Positions 18,780 through 28,410 of a stretch of DNA of 64,000 bases are shown in pieces. Made by a program: the position numbers and the translations under genes. How positions within the stretch are numbered: position 1 is the stretch's first letter; every line of letters begins with the position of its first letter. The stretch comes from an uncultured Latescibacterota bacterium (lineage in GTDB: Bacteria > Latescibacterota > UBA2968): contig OY282377.1 in assembly GCA_958295785.1 (NCBI GenBank), forward strand, positions 2,880,385 through 2,944,384. The letters run 5' to 3'. Below the pieces are notes generated by a model. It was not told the DNA's origin and searched no databases. It worked only from the letters and a program-made list of their open reading frames with translations.

Positions 18780-20192
18780 ATGGTCGCACGCGAACACACC
18801 TTTAAGCAAAGCGTTGACCTCATGTTTGAACGGGCCGCGGCAACGCTCGATTTGCCCTCCGGATTGGCCGACCAAATCAAGGCCAACAACAACATTTATA
18901 TGGTGCGTTTTTTTGTCAAATGCCACGGCAGTTATCAGATTTTCACGGGCTGGCGGTCGGTTCACAGCGAGCATCGCCTGCCGGTAAAAGGCGGCATCCG
19001 CTTTGCCCCCACAGTCAATCAAGACGACGTGGAAGCACTCGCAGCCCTCATGACGTACAAATGCGCCATTGTCGATGTGCCCTTTGGCGGCTCCAAAGGC
19101 GGCTTGTGCATTGATCCACGCGAATACGACGAGGAGGATCTCGAACGCATTACCCGGCGGTTTGCACAAGAACTGATCAAAAAGGGATATATCAACCCCG
19201 CCCTCAATGTTCCGGCACCAGACATGGGAACCAGCGACCGAGAAATGGCTTGGATTGCCGACACCTATCGCAACATGCACCCCGAAGACATCAATGCCAT
19301 TGCTTGCACGACGGGCAAACCCTTTTCCCAAGGCGGGATTCAAGGGCGGCTCGAAGCGACCGGGCGGGGGGTTTTTTACGGGATCAAAGAATTTTTCAAT
19401 CACCCGCAAGACGTCAAAGACGCGGGTTTAGAAGGCAATTTGGAAGGCAAGCGCATCATTGTGCAGGGCTTGGGCAATGTGGGCTTTCACGCGGCAAAAT
19501 TTTTGGAAGAAGAAAGTGGGGCGCGCATCATCGGCATTATTGAACGCGATGGCGCGATCTTGTGCGAGAAGGGATTCTCCGTTGAAGATGTCGCAGCGTA
19601 CCGCGCAGAACGCGGTTTGGCGAAAGGCTTTCCGGGTGCGACTTATGTCGCAGATGGCAAACGCATCCTCGAAGAGGAATGCGATGTGCTGATTCCCGCC
19701 GCGGTTGAAGGTCAGATCACGCTCGAAAATGCACGGCGCGTCAAAGCCCCGGTGATTGCAGAAGCCGCCAATGGCCCGATCGCGTTTGAAGCCGATGACG
19801 TGCTGCGCCAAGCCGGCAAGGTCATCATCCCCGACGCCTACCTCAATGCGGGCGGCGTCACGGTTTCGTATTTTGAGTGGATCAAGAACCTCTCCCACAT
19901 CCGTTTTGGACGACTCGACAGGCGGCTCGAGGCGCACCGCGGCGTGCAAATCATCGACGCCATTGAAGAGATGGTCGGCAAACCCGTTCCCGACCATCTC
20001 AGATCAAAACTCTCCTACGGCGCAGATGAATTGGATTTGGTGCGTTCAGGACTCGAAGATACGATGAGCACGGCCTATCAAACCATGCGCGAAATTCGCA
20101 ATTCGCGCGACAATGTGCCGGATTTACGCACGGCTGCTTTTGTGATCGCCATTGAAAAAATCGCACAGGCGTATATTGAAATGGGGCTTTAG
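18780..20192 (+). CDS. gdhA: Glutamate dehydrogenase (Glu/Leu/Phe/Val dehydrogenase family)
   Basis: Motifs KGGIRF, VPFGGSKGG, VPAPDMGT, QGLGNVG and NAGGVTVSYFEW. Confidence 0.93.
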   Translation: MVAREHTFKQSVDLMFERAAATLDLPSGLADQIKANNNIYMVRFFVKCHGSYQIFTGWRSVHSEHRLPVKGGIRFAPTVNQDDVEALAALMTYKCAIVDVPFGGSKGGLCIDPREYDEEDLERITRRFAQELIKKGYINPALNVPAPDMGTSDREMAWIADTYRNMHPEDINAIACTTGKPFSQGGIQGRLEATGRGVFYGIKEFFNHPQDVKDAGLEGNLEGKRIIVQGLGNVGFHAAKFLEEESGARIIGIIERDGAILCEKGFSVEDVAAYRAERGLAKGFPGATYVADGKRILEEECDVLIPAAVEGQITLENARRVKAPVIAEAANGPIAFEADDVLRQAGKVIIPDAYLNAGGVTVSYFEWIKNLSHIRFGRLDRRLEAHRGVQIIDAIEEMVGKPVPDHLRSKLSYGADELDLVRSGLEDTMSTAYQTMREIRNSRDNVPDLRTAAFVIAIEKIAQAYIEMGL

Positions 20193-20233
20193 GAGAGACC
20201 CTTCCCGGCCGAGTGGCGAGGCCGCCGATTCGG

Positions 20234-20278
20234 GCGAGCACGGAGGCATCGCCCCTACGTTTCTATCCTCGCATCTTA
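20234..20278 (-). repeat. REP-like dispersed repeat (GTAGGGGCGATGCCYCCGTGCTCGCCC family)
   Basis: Near-identical copies at ~26453-26510, ~36257-36298 and ~54910-54967; degenerate copies at ~42423, ~44329, ~49741 and ~63863. Each is GTAG followed by a GGGCGA..TCGCCC palindrome. Confidence 0.8.
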
Positions 20279-20962
20279 CCTCTGGAGCGCGTTATGAGCC
20301 GCGCAGACTATCGCATCGACGGCCCCATCAACGCTTAGCAAGCCGGTATTGACCATGAGGTGATACAGGTTTGGATCATCCCATTCCACCTTGTAGTGGC
20401 GTTTGATATACGTTTTGCGGCGATCATCCACTTCGCGCATGCGCCTTATCGCGTCTTCGTCACAGGTCAATTGGTCGCGCGTTTTCACCACATCGAGCTT
20501 AAAATTTTGCGTGCTCACCACGCGCACATGCAGCGCGTCCCGCCGGTCTTTTAACATGGCTTGCCCGCCTCTGCCCAGCAAAACCACATCGCCTTGATCC
20601 GCCAACTGCTCTGCCACTTCTGCGGTCAATTTCGCGTACACCTCTTCATCCATTGTGGTCAGGGCTTGATCCTTGTGCTCTGACAACTCGGTCACAGTGA
20701 CCGTTGCCCACCATTCGTATTCCGACAAGCCCGTCAATGTATCTGCGTATCCGGGGGTGAGAAATTTACGCAAAATTCTCAGCGCGGGGTGTTCGGGTTG
20801 TTCGTCATAGCGTTCAACCTCTGATACGGGGACTTTGGCTTTTCGCGCCACCTCGACGAGCAATTCTTTGTCGATATTGTGGTAAGACAGTGCCTCGGCA
20901 ACGCGCGTTGCAACCGTGCGACCGTCACTGCCGTATTCTCTTGAAATGGTGATAACGCCCAT
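20276..20962 (-). CDS. Cytidylate kinase-like family protein
   Basis: Motifs VITISREYGSDG, VVLLGRGG and YHLMVNT. Confidence 0.85.
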   Translation of the reverse strand: MGVITISREYGSDGRTVATRVAEALSYHNIDKELLVEVARKAKVPVSEVERYDEQPEHPALRILRKFLTPGYADTLTGLSEYEWWATVTVTELSEHKDQALTTMDEEVYAKLTAEVAEQLADQGDVVLLGRGGQAMLKDRRDALHVRVVSTQNFKLDVVKTRDQLTCDEDAIRRMREVDDRRKTYIKRHYKVEWDDPNLYHLMVNTGLLSVDGAVDAIVCAAHNALQR

Positions 20963-21028
20963 GGTGGTCTCCTTTCTGAGAATCAGCTATCAGTTCCCTC
21001 CGCAGATGTGCGATCCCATCCGCATCCC

Positions 21029-21102
21029 TAAGAGGCTGTCTTAAAACTAAAGATGACCCCTCCCCCGACCGGCCCCTCCCCATTGCTTTAACACAACTTC
21101 TA
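21029..21102. repeat. Short MITE-like element (TIR family TAAGARGYTGTCTTAAAA)
   Basis: The same ends occur at 36161-36441, 45795-45840 and 55044-55082. Confidence 0.6.
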
Positions 21103-21124
21103 ATTATCCGCTAGTTGCTAGTTG

Positions 21125-22312
21125 CTAACCGCTCATCGCTTGCTTTAATCGATCCGCTATCGGTTGAATCATGTCGTCGGACAGGCAAACGGGACTGAAG
21201 ATCAATATGCCGTCGTAGATGTCCGAGGTGCTGACGTGGATGCTCGGATCACCTTCCATCAATTGCCGCGCCAAATCCATCCCCATTTCCGCATGAGCAA
21301 GCGCGAGGCGAAGAACGGGGATGGCGCGATGGTGGTCAATGCGAATGTCGCACCCCGGCAAGTCGCGGATGGCGTCCGCCAAGTGCTCCATGCGTTGCAA
21401 CCAGCGGGCGTATCGCGTCTCGTCGCTTTCGGCAACGAATTTTTTCAGCGCGACCATCAGGCCCGCGATCTGCTCTTTCCCCACTTTGCACGGTCGCCCA
21501 ATCCCGTGCTGCGGCGCGCCCGGCAGAATGGCCTTGTGGATCAGCGCGGGCGGGGGCGTCCACAGGTCAAAATGCACATCCATGTCTAAATGCTGCAATG
21601 CCACTGCGGTAATCAATTCGCTGCGCCCGCACAAAATGCCCGTGCCCTGAGGCCCGCCAATGGTTTTCCCGCCGCTAAAACACACCGCATCGGCGCCCTC
21701 GCGGATAAACCGCTTCAAATTTGCCGCAGGGGGCAACTGACCCGCCGCATCGACGATGACCGGCACGCCGTGGTCGCGTGCTGCTGCGGTCACTTGCGAC
21801 AAAGGCGGTTGTGCGAAGGATTGGGCGACATAGACAATCGCCGCGGTCTGATCCGTGATGGCATCGGCGATTTCCCACGCCTCTGTATCGCGCACGCCCG
21901 CGCCGCTAAACCGATCCGAAATGCCCACTTCCACGAGTGTGATGCCCACCGAGCGCACCGCGTGATCGTAAAAATTGCGATGCGACCGGGGCATGATCAC
22001 CTCATTTTTCATGCCCGCGGTATCGGGCAATCGGTTCATCTTGCCCGGATCCATCTCTGTAACGCATGCCGCTGTTGCGAGCATCAGCCCCGCCGCCGCG
22101 CCCGATGTCACATACCCGGACTCGGCGCCTGTTATGCCGGCAATCAACTGACCTGCCGCGGCCTGCATCTGTGCAATATCCACGCAAACCCGTGCGGCCT
22201 CGCCCATCGCATCGATCACATCCGCGTCCATGCATGCGCCGCTCAAGCGCGTGACCGGCCCCGCGGCATTGATAATGGGACGCACGCCCAATTGTTCGAG
22301 AACAGATGCCAT
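21125..22312 (-). CDS. SelA/DgaE-like PLP-dependent enzyme
   Basis: LGVRPIINAAG, VIVDAAG and FSGGK (PLP lysine) followed by GGPQ. Confidence 0.88.
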   Translation of the reverse strand: MASVLEQLGVRPIINAAGPVTRLSGACMDADVIDAMGEAARVCVDIAQMQAAAGQLIAGITGAESGYVTSGAAAGLMLATAACVTEMDPGKMNRLPDTAGMKNEVIMPRSHRNFYDHAVRSVGITLVEVGISDRFSGAGVRDTEAWEIADAITDQTAAIVYVAQSFAQPPLSQVTAAARDHGVPVIVDAAGQLPPAANLKRFIREGADAVCFSGGKTIGGPQGTGILCGRSELITAVALQHLDMDVHFDLWTPPPALIHKAILPGAPQHGIGRPCKVGKEQIAGLMVALKKFVAESDETRYARWLQRMEHLADAIRDLPGCDIRIDHHRAIPVLRLALAHAEMGMDLARQLMEGDPSIHVSTSDIYDGILIFSPVCLSDDMIQPIADRLKQAMSG

Positions 22313-22507
22313 ATTTTTCTCCGTCAGTTTTATACATCCAATCAGAATACACGACAAAAACGCGCACAGGCGCAACACCAGATTACGGCACGCTAGCGCA
22401 GGTGCTACAACCATGTGCCGAGAGGGGTTAGTCAGGGTCAGTAGAGCGCGGCGAGTAATCCCGCCCCTCAACCGTTGCGATCTCCGATGAACTGGACTGA
22501 GAAACGG

Positions 22508-22780
22508 TTACTTGGACGTGTGCAACAAAATGGTCACTGTCGCGCCCAAAATGGCAATCAGGATAGTAAAGAGGATGCCGACAAGCCAACGAAACGATTT
22601 ATGCAGGTAGTCTTCAACCCTTGTAATGCGGTCTCCAACCCTTGTAATGCGGTCTTCAACCCTTGTAATGCGGTCTTCAACGCGCACAAGAGTTTGTGCT
22701 TGTTGTTCAACAATCGCTTCAAGCCTTGCCAGTCTCTCGTTGGTTGTGGCTTGTGACGGATCAATAATGGGAATAGGCAT
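22508..22780 (-). CDS. Small coiled-coil protein with 7-aa repeats and a C-terminal TM helix (Bdr/DUF1640-like)
   Basis: A 21-bp unit repeated three times (RVEDRIT) at ~22612-22680; hydrophobic tail WLVGILFTILIAIL; promoter-like TTGACA-N17-CATATT at 22880-22852. Confidence 0.75.
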   Translation of the reverse strand: MPIPIIDPSQATTNERLARLEAIVEQQAQTLVRVEDRITRVEDRITRVGDRITRVEDYLHKSFRWLVGILFTILIAILGATVTILLHTSK

Positions 22781-22973
22781 GGGGGCGCCTTTCGGATAAA
22801 GGGTTGGGGCCAGTTGTACACCGTTCTGTAGATTCGCACTGCTCGCCTTTCAATATGATCGTCCCCATGCCCGCTGTCAAGCGGAACCTCCCATTGCAAA
22901 TCCCTTGTTCACACAGGTGATATTTTTTACTTTGTGGCGATTCGCAACTCCCATTGATCAATTGAGGTGATAT

Positions 22974-23735
22974 ATGCAAATACTCGAAGCCACGCCAAAC
23001 CGCTTTCAAGGCATCGAATTGGACTCGGCAGCCCTGCCGTGCGACGCAGAGGAATTTCGCACGCGCTTGGTTGCGTCTTTGCGGGAATGGAAACGCGAAG
23101 CCTTTAAGGTCGTTTGGATCACCATTCCCATTGAACGCGCCGCGCTCATCCCGGTGGCAACCCAAGCGGGGTTTTCGTTTCACCATTCGGGATCGGACTA
23201 CCTCTTGCTCACCAAACGCCTCGAACCAGACGCGCTCATCCCGGAATACGCCACGCATTATATCGGCGCAGGCGGGGTCGCGATCAACAGCCGCGACGAA
23301 TTGCTGGTCGTCAGCGAATTGCACCGCCGTTCCGAATCGCCCTATTACAAATTGCCCGGCGGCGCGTTGCACCCCGGCGAACACATCGCAGACTGCGTGC
23401 GGCGCGAGGTTTTTGAAGAAACCGGCGTGCGGACCAAATTTGAAAAATTGGTCTGCTTCCGGCACTGGCACGGGTACCGCTACGACAAATCGGACATCTA
23501 TTTTGTCTGCCGTCTCTCGCCCTTGAGCGAAGACATTGCCATCCAAGCCGAAGAGATCGAAGAATGCCTCTGGCTGCCTATCGCAGAATATTTGTCCAGC
23601 GACAGCGTCAGCACGTTTAACAAACACATCGTCAAAGCCGCACTTGAAAGCCCGGGCGTGGTTCACACAGAGATCAAAGGCTATTCCGACCCCAAACGCC
23701 ACGAAATTTTCATGCCCAATGGCATGGAGGTATAA
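22974..23735 (+). CDS. Nudix hydrolase (NUDT6-like)
   Basis: Nudix box PGGALHPGEHIADCVRREVFEETG; GFSFHH. Confidence 0.9.
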   Translation: MQILEATPNRFQGIELDSAALPCDAEEFRTRLVASLREWKREAFKVVWITIPIERAALIPVATQAGFSFHHSGSDYLLLTKRLEPDALIPEYATHYIGAGGVAINSRDELLVVSELHRRSESPYYKLPGGALHPGEHIADCVRREVFEETGVRTKFEKLVCFRHWHGYRYDKSDIYFVCRLSPLSEDIAIQAEEIEECLWLPIAEYLSSDSVSTFNKHIVKAALESPGVVHTEIKGYSDPKRHEIFMPNGMEV

Positions 23736-23757
23736 CACTCAAAAAATAGGACACCCC

Positions 23758-25245
23758 ATGGCGCATTCAAAACCCAACCTGCTCTACATCCACTCTGACC
23801 AGCACGACCCGCATGTCACGGGTTGCTATGGCGATGGGATCGTCGCAACGCCCCATCTCGACGGCCTTGCGGCAAATGGCGTTGTGTTTGAAAACTGCTA
23901 TTGCCCCTCGCCGATATGCGTGCCCTCGCGCATGTCCATGCTCTCTGGACGCTATCCCTTTGAAAACGCCGTGTGGACAAACGCGCACGCGCTGCATTCG
24001 GGCATTCCCACCTTTGCCCATGCAATGGGCGCGGGCGGCTATTCCCCGGTGCTCATCGGGCGCATGCACGCCAATGGGCCCGACCAGTTGCACGGGTATG
24101 CCCAACGCTTGGTGGGCGACCACGGGCCCAATCACATTGGCGGACGCGGCGTCAACCACGGGATGCTCTCGGGCACCGCAGGGCCTGCCCGCGTCAGCCT
24201 GCGAAAATCGGGGATCGGTCAAAGTGCCTATCAGGTACACGACGAAGATGTGACCGCGGGCACGGTGGCCTATCTCGACCAATTGGGCGTCAAAAAACGC
24301 GCCGGAAAACCGGCAGAGCCGTTCTCGCTGAGCGTGGGATTCATGCTGCCCCACCAGCCTTTTGTCGCGCGGCGGGCAGACTACGACCGCTACGACGGGC
24401 GCGTTCCCCCGCCTGCGGTCTCCGTTCCCTTTTCCGACGACCTGCATCCCCACATCAGATGCTGGCGCGACCACTGCGGCATCGCCCACGTCACAGACGC
24501 GGAAATCCAGCGCGCACGCACGGCTTATTGGGCACTGATCGACCGCATGGATCACATGATCGGGCAAATTCTCGCGGCCCTGCGCGAAAACGAGTTGATC
24601 GACAACACCCTCATCGTCTATATGTCGGATCACGGCGAACAGGCCGGCGAGCACGGCTTGTGGTGGAAGCAGACGTTTTACGAACATTCCGCCAAAGTGC
24701 CCGCCATCCTCTCGTGGCCCGGCCACTTGCCCAAGGGCAAACGCTTTGACCAGGTCATCTCGTCCCTCGACCTCAACGCCACGATGATCGACGCCCTCCA
24801 ATGCCCCGCGCTCCCGCATTCTCGCGGGCGATCCCTCTTGCCCCTCATGCGCGATGAGAGCGCGTCTTGGGACAATGTCGCCTTTTCCGAATTTTGCCAA
24901 GACCGCGCAGGGGGCGGCGGCCCTTTCCCATCTGAAGGCGTGTACCAGCGCATGATGCGCCAAGACGAATGGAAATTCAATTACTACCACAATCAGCCCT
25001 GTCAACTCTTCAATCTGCGAGAAGACCCCAACGAATTGCACGACCGCGCAACCGACCCCGCCTGCCAAAGCCCGATCAAAGACTTCACTGCCCGCATTCT
25101 CGACGGCTGGCACCCCGAAACCATTGCATCGCAACTGGCGGCCCAAAACCAGGACAATCGCATCCTCTCCGCATGGGCGCGCCACACCCAACCCGCAGAC
25201 ACCGTCCGCTGGGACTTGCGCCCGGAGATGGATTATCTGGAATAA
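23758..25245 (+). CDS. Sulfatase (choline-sulfatase-like)
   Basis: PNLLYIHSDQH, CVPSR formylglycine motif, GRMH and SDHGE. Confidence 0.92.
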   Translation: MAHSKPNLLYIHSDQHDPHVTGCYGDGIVATPHLDGLAANGVVFENCYCPSPICVPSRMSMLSGRYPFENAVWTNAHALHSGIPTFAHAMGAGGYSPVLIGRMHANGPDQLHGYAQRLVGDHGPNHIGGRGVNHGMLSGTAGPARVSLRKSGIGQSAYQVHDEDVTAGTVAYLDQLGVKKRAGKPAEPFSLSVGFMLPHQPFVARRADYDRYDGRVPPPAVSVPFSDDLHPHIRCWRDHCGIAHVTDAEIQRARTAYWALIDRMDHMIGQILAALRENELIDNTLIVYMSDHGEQAGEHGLWWKQTFYEHSAKVPAILSWPGHLPKGKRFDQVISSLDLNATMIDALQCPALPHSRGRSLLPLMRDESASWDNVAFSEFCQDRAGGGGPFPSEGVYQRMMRQDEWKFNYYHNQPCQLFNLREDPNELHDRATDPACQSPIKDFTARILDGWHPETIASQLAAQNQDNRILSAWARHTQPADTVRWDLRPEMDYLE

Positions 25246-25275
25246 GCATGCACGGGAGAAATTGACAAAAGAAGA

Positions 25276-26448
25276 ATGTCGAGATTGGGGGTTGTAATCG
25301 CTTCCTCAAAACTGACCAGACTCGATGTGGCATCGTGGGGCGGGTTTATGGTATTTGCCACCAGCGGGGTGGTGACGCCGATATGCCTGCCCGAAATCGC
25401 CAAAACCCTGTCGATTTCCCTCTCTGAAAGCGGGGGCCTGGAAACGGTGCGCCTGTCTCTCCTGCTCGTCGTCTTGATTTTATCCGGCATTCTCGCGCGC
25501 ACATGGGGGAAAAAACACCTCTTGACATGGGGGCAATACCTCACCGCCCTTGGCCTGCTGATGGTCAGCTATGCCGACACCTATTCCGCGTTGCTCCTGG
25601 CGCTCATGGTCGTGGGCATTGGCGGCGGATTCCTCGAAGCCCTCATCAATCCCCTGGTCGTCGACCTCCATCCCAAAAATCCGGGCAAATACCTCAACAT
25701 CACCAATGCCTTTTATCCCATTGGCGTCATGATCTCCGCGCTCCTTTTTGGCGAACTCTTAACCCTCGGCCATTCATGGCGGGTCGCGTTTCGCATTGCA
25801 GCAGCGGGCGCGTTTGCGATGGGAATATGGTTTCACCTGTCGCGTTTTCCCGCGCCTTCAGCGGATCAGCGGTCGTCCATCCGCTTGATCGCGCAAATTC
25901 TCAAAATCCCCAAATTCTGGTTCTTTGCCATTGCCCTGTTTTTGGGCGCGGGCGTTGAAGCTGCATTCACCTTCTGGAGCCGCAGTTATGTGGAAGTCTA
26001 TCTGCGCGATATGCCGCGCGCCGGTGCTATCGCAGTCGTCGTTTTCGCGGGCACCATGGCCATCGGACGCTTGCTTTCTGCAAAATTGGCCCACGAGATG
26101 AGCCAGCAAACACTGATGATCTGTTCGGCCATTCTCGGCGTCGCGATCAGCAGCGGCATTCCCTTTTCTGAAAGCCTGATCGGATTTTACGCGCTGCTCG
26201 TTTTCGCCGGGTTTGCCGCCGCCTGCTTCTGGCCTACCATCCTCGCCGAAGCCGCGGACCGCCTGCCCGTTGACGCGACCATGTTGCTTGTCATGCTCGC
26301 GTGTTTTGGCATTGCTGGATTTGGCATTACCCCGTGGATAATGGGCCTCATCGGAGACAGCGCCGGCCTCAAAGCGGGTTTTGCACTCATTCCCGGTCTT
26401 TTCATCGGCTTGATCGTGGTTCTTGCTATGGCGGGACGAAAAACGTAA
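25276..26448 (+). CDS. MFS transporter
   Basis: About 12 hydrophobic segments with MFS-like loops. Confidence 0.88.
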   Translation: MSRLGVVIASSKLTRLDVASWGGFMVFATSGVVTPICLPEIAKTLSISLSESGGLETVRLSLLLVVLILSGILARTWGKKHLLTWGQYLTALGLLMVSYADTYSALLLALMVVGIGGGFLEALINPLVVDLHPKNPGKYLNITNAFYPIGVMISALLFGELLTLGHSWRVAFRIAAAGAFAMGIWFHLSRFPAPSADQRSSIRLIAQILKIPKFWFFAIALFLGAGVEAAFTFWSRSYVEVYLRDMPRAGAIAVVVFAGTMAIGRLLSAKLAHEMSQQTLMICSAILGVAISSGIPFSESLIGFYALLVFAGFAAACFWPTILAEAADRLPVDATMLLVMLACFGIAGFGITPWIMGLIGDSAGLKAGFALIPGLFIGLIVVLAMAGRKT

Positions 26449-26565
26449 GACGTAAGATGCGAGGATAGAAACGTAGGGGCGATGCCCCCGTGCTCGCCCA
26501 AAGATACAAGACGGAAGACGCCCTTTTCTCAATCCCACCGTTTTTCCTCACGCCAGCACGACCAC

Positions 26566-26605
26566 AAAAAGCCCAGCCTCGAATAGAGACCGGGCTTTTG
26601 CTTTT
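26566..26605. terminator. Bidirectional intrinsic terminator between convergent genes
   Basis: AAAAGCCC...GGGCTTTT hairpin with A/T tails. Confidence 0.6.
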
Positions 26606-26724
26606 GTGTATTCTTACGTCGTCATCCAGTGACTTTTCCCTCCGCCTCGACATCCCAAGCGGTCAGCGATCAGCAAAACGAGCAATCAGCGGTGGATGGG
26701 CGGGGACTGATAGCCGAAAGCATC

Positions 26725-27444
26725 TTACGCCTTCCCCAAAACATTGCGTTGAATTTGAGAGATCTCGGCGATGCCTTGTTGGGCGAGGGCGATCAAGTGG
26801 TGCATCTGATCAAAGGTGAAGGGATGGCCTTCGGCTGTGCCTTGCACTTCGACAAAGTTGCCCTGACCGGTCATGACAATGTTCATATCGACTGCGGCGG
26901 TTGCGTCTTCGGCATAGCACAGGTCGAGCATGGGGGTGTTGTCGATGATGCCCACGCTGACTGCGGCAACCGAATCCCCGAGAGGGTCTTCGGTGATCGC
27001 GCCTTCATTTTTCAGCCGGTTGATGGCATCGACCACCGCGACATAAGCCCCTGAAATAGAGGCCGTGCGGGTGCCGGCGTCGGCTTGTAGCACATCGCAG
27101 TCAATCCACAGGGTGCGCGTGCCGAGTTTTTCGAGGTCGATCACAGCGCGCAGGGCGCGACCAATCAGGCGTTGGATTTCTTGGGTTCGGCCCTTGGTGC
27201 CGTTTGTTTCGCGCTGGCTACGCGTGTGGGTTGCACGGGGTAGCATGGCGTATTCCGCTGTGATCCAACCCGTGCCTTTGCCCGAGAGGAAACGGGGGAC
27301 GCGGTTTTCAAAACTCGCGGTGCAGATAACGTGCGTGTCGCCCATTTTGATTAAGGCAGATCCCTCGGCGTGTTTCATAAATCCGCGTTCAATGCTCACG
27401 GGCCGCAATTGATCGGCGCGGCGACCATCAATGCGCTGGTTCAT
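26725..27444 (-). CDS. rph: Ribonuclease PH
   Basis: Motifs [25 protein letters not shown] and [16 protein letters not shown]. Confidence 0.97.
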   Translation of the reverse strand: MNQRIDGRRADQLRPVSIERGFMKHAEGSALIKMGDTHVICTASFENRVPRFLSGKGTGWITAEYAMLPRATHTRSQRETNGTKGRTQEIQRLIGRALRAVIDLEKLGTRTLWIDCDVLQADAGTRTASISGAYVAVVDAINRLKNEGAITEDPLGDSVAAVSVGIIDNTPMLDLCYAEDATAAVDMNIVMTGQGNFVEVQGTAEGHPFTFDQMHHLIALAQQGIAEISQIQRNVLGKA

Positions 27445-27490
27445 GAATGCTCCTTTCTGTCGGGCGGTATAGAGGTCGATAAGGGCGTTA

Positions 27491-28333
27491 TTACTTCAGA
27501 TAAATCCGCTCCGCGTTTTTGTGAAAGAGTTTTTCGCGCTCTGCCGCGTCGGCATGGGCGACGATTTCGCGCGCTATTCGCGCCCATGTTTTGAGATCGG
27601 ATCGCGTGTTGCAAACCGGCCAGTCGCTACCCCACACCACGCGATGCCAGCCGAAACTTTCGAGGCAGTGTTCAACATAAGGGCGAACCGCTTCAAGGGT
27701 GGCATTGCCCGGCGCGCAATAGGCCAGCACGCCAGAGATTTTGCACGCGACATTGGGAAGCGCGGCCAGTTGCGCGATCAGATCGCGCCAGGGATCCAGT
27801 GCGTTATTTGCAATATCGGGAACGCCGCAGTGGTCGAGGACGAATTGGACATTGGGGCACTTTCGCGCCAATGCGCGGGCAATGGGCAGTTGGCGGGCGA
27901 GGAAGCAGAGGTCAAAAGTGAGGTTGAATTTTTCGAGTAGGCGGATGTTTGCGGCAAAGTGATCCGATTGGGAGAGGGCGTCTGGCATGGTGTGCAAGAT
28001 GCGGCGGAGGCCGACGAGTTTGGGATGCTGGATGGATTCGAGATAGGCTTCAAATCCAACGGGGTTTTCGGGACGGCAGTTGGCGATGATGCCTTCGATG
28101 ATCGCATCGGGCTGTTCGGACAATTCGCAGACAAACCGGGTTTCGTCCCGCCAGTGGGGATCATCGGGCGAGGCTTCCATGAAAATGGTGCGCGCAATGC
28201 CACAACCTTCTGCGGCGACCAAATAATCCTCGATATGGAAGACATTGCCCTCGAGCGGCGCGAGCCCATCCGTCCAGGAATAGGGGTACTTGCGCGGATA
28301 GATCAGGTGTTGATGCGTGTCTAAAATGGGCAT
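27491..28333 (-). CDS. Amidohydrolase_2 family (sugar lactonase-like)
   Basis: Motifs DTHQH, LDHCGVP, CKISG and WGSDWPV; RBS GAGGAG. Confidence 0.9.
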   Translation of the reverse strand: MPILDTHQHLIYPRKYPYSWTDGLAPLEGNVFHIEDYLVAAEGCGIARTIFMEASPDDPHWRDETRFVCELSEQPDAIIEGIIANCRPENPVGFEAYLESIQHPKLVGLRRILHTMPDALSQSDHFAANIRLLEKFNLTFDLCFLARQLPIARALARKCPNVQFVLDHCGVPDIANNALDPWRDLIAQLAALPNVACKISGVLAYCAPGNATLEAVRPYVEHCLESFGWHRVVWGSDWPVCNTRSDLKTWARIAREIVAHADAAEREKLFHKNAERIYLK

Positions 28334-28410
28334 GGGGTCTCCTCGGTGAATCGGTGGCGGACTCGATGTATTTCCCACCTTTGACAGAGCCTTGCCGTTT
28401 TACTGCTGGA

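Noticed and set aside
18780..20192. Animal-like C-terminal insertion in glutamate dehydrogenase as a eukaryote-derived gene
   Set aside because: GDHs of this type are known in diverse bacteria, and nothing in the local sequence suggests recent transfer.
22612..22680. 21-bp repeats here, and those at 47920-48260 and 30625-31741, as CRISPR arrays
   Set aside because: They are contiguous in-frame coding repeats with no unique spacers.
23767..25191. Long antisense ORFs (for example 23767-25191, 62607-63773, 34187-35350, 57371-58411)
   Set aside because: They are shadows of well-supported genes on the opposite strand in GC-rich DNA and carry no motifs.
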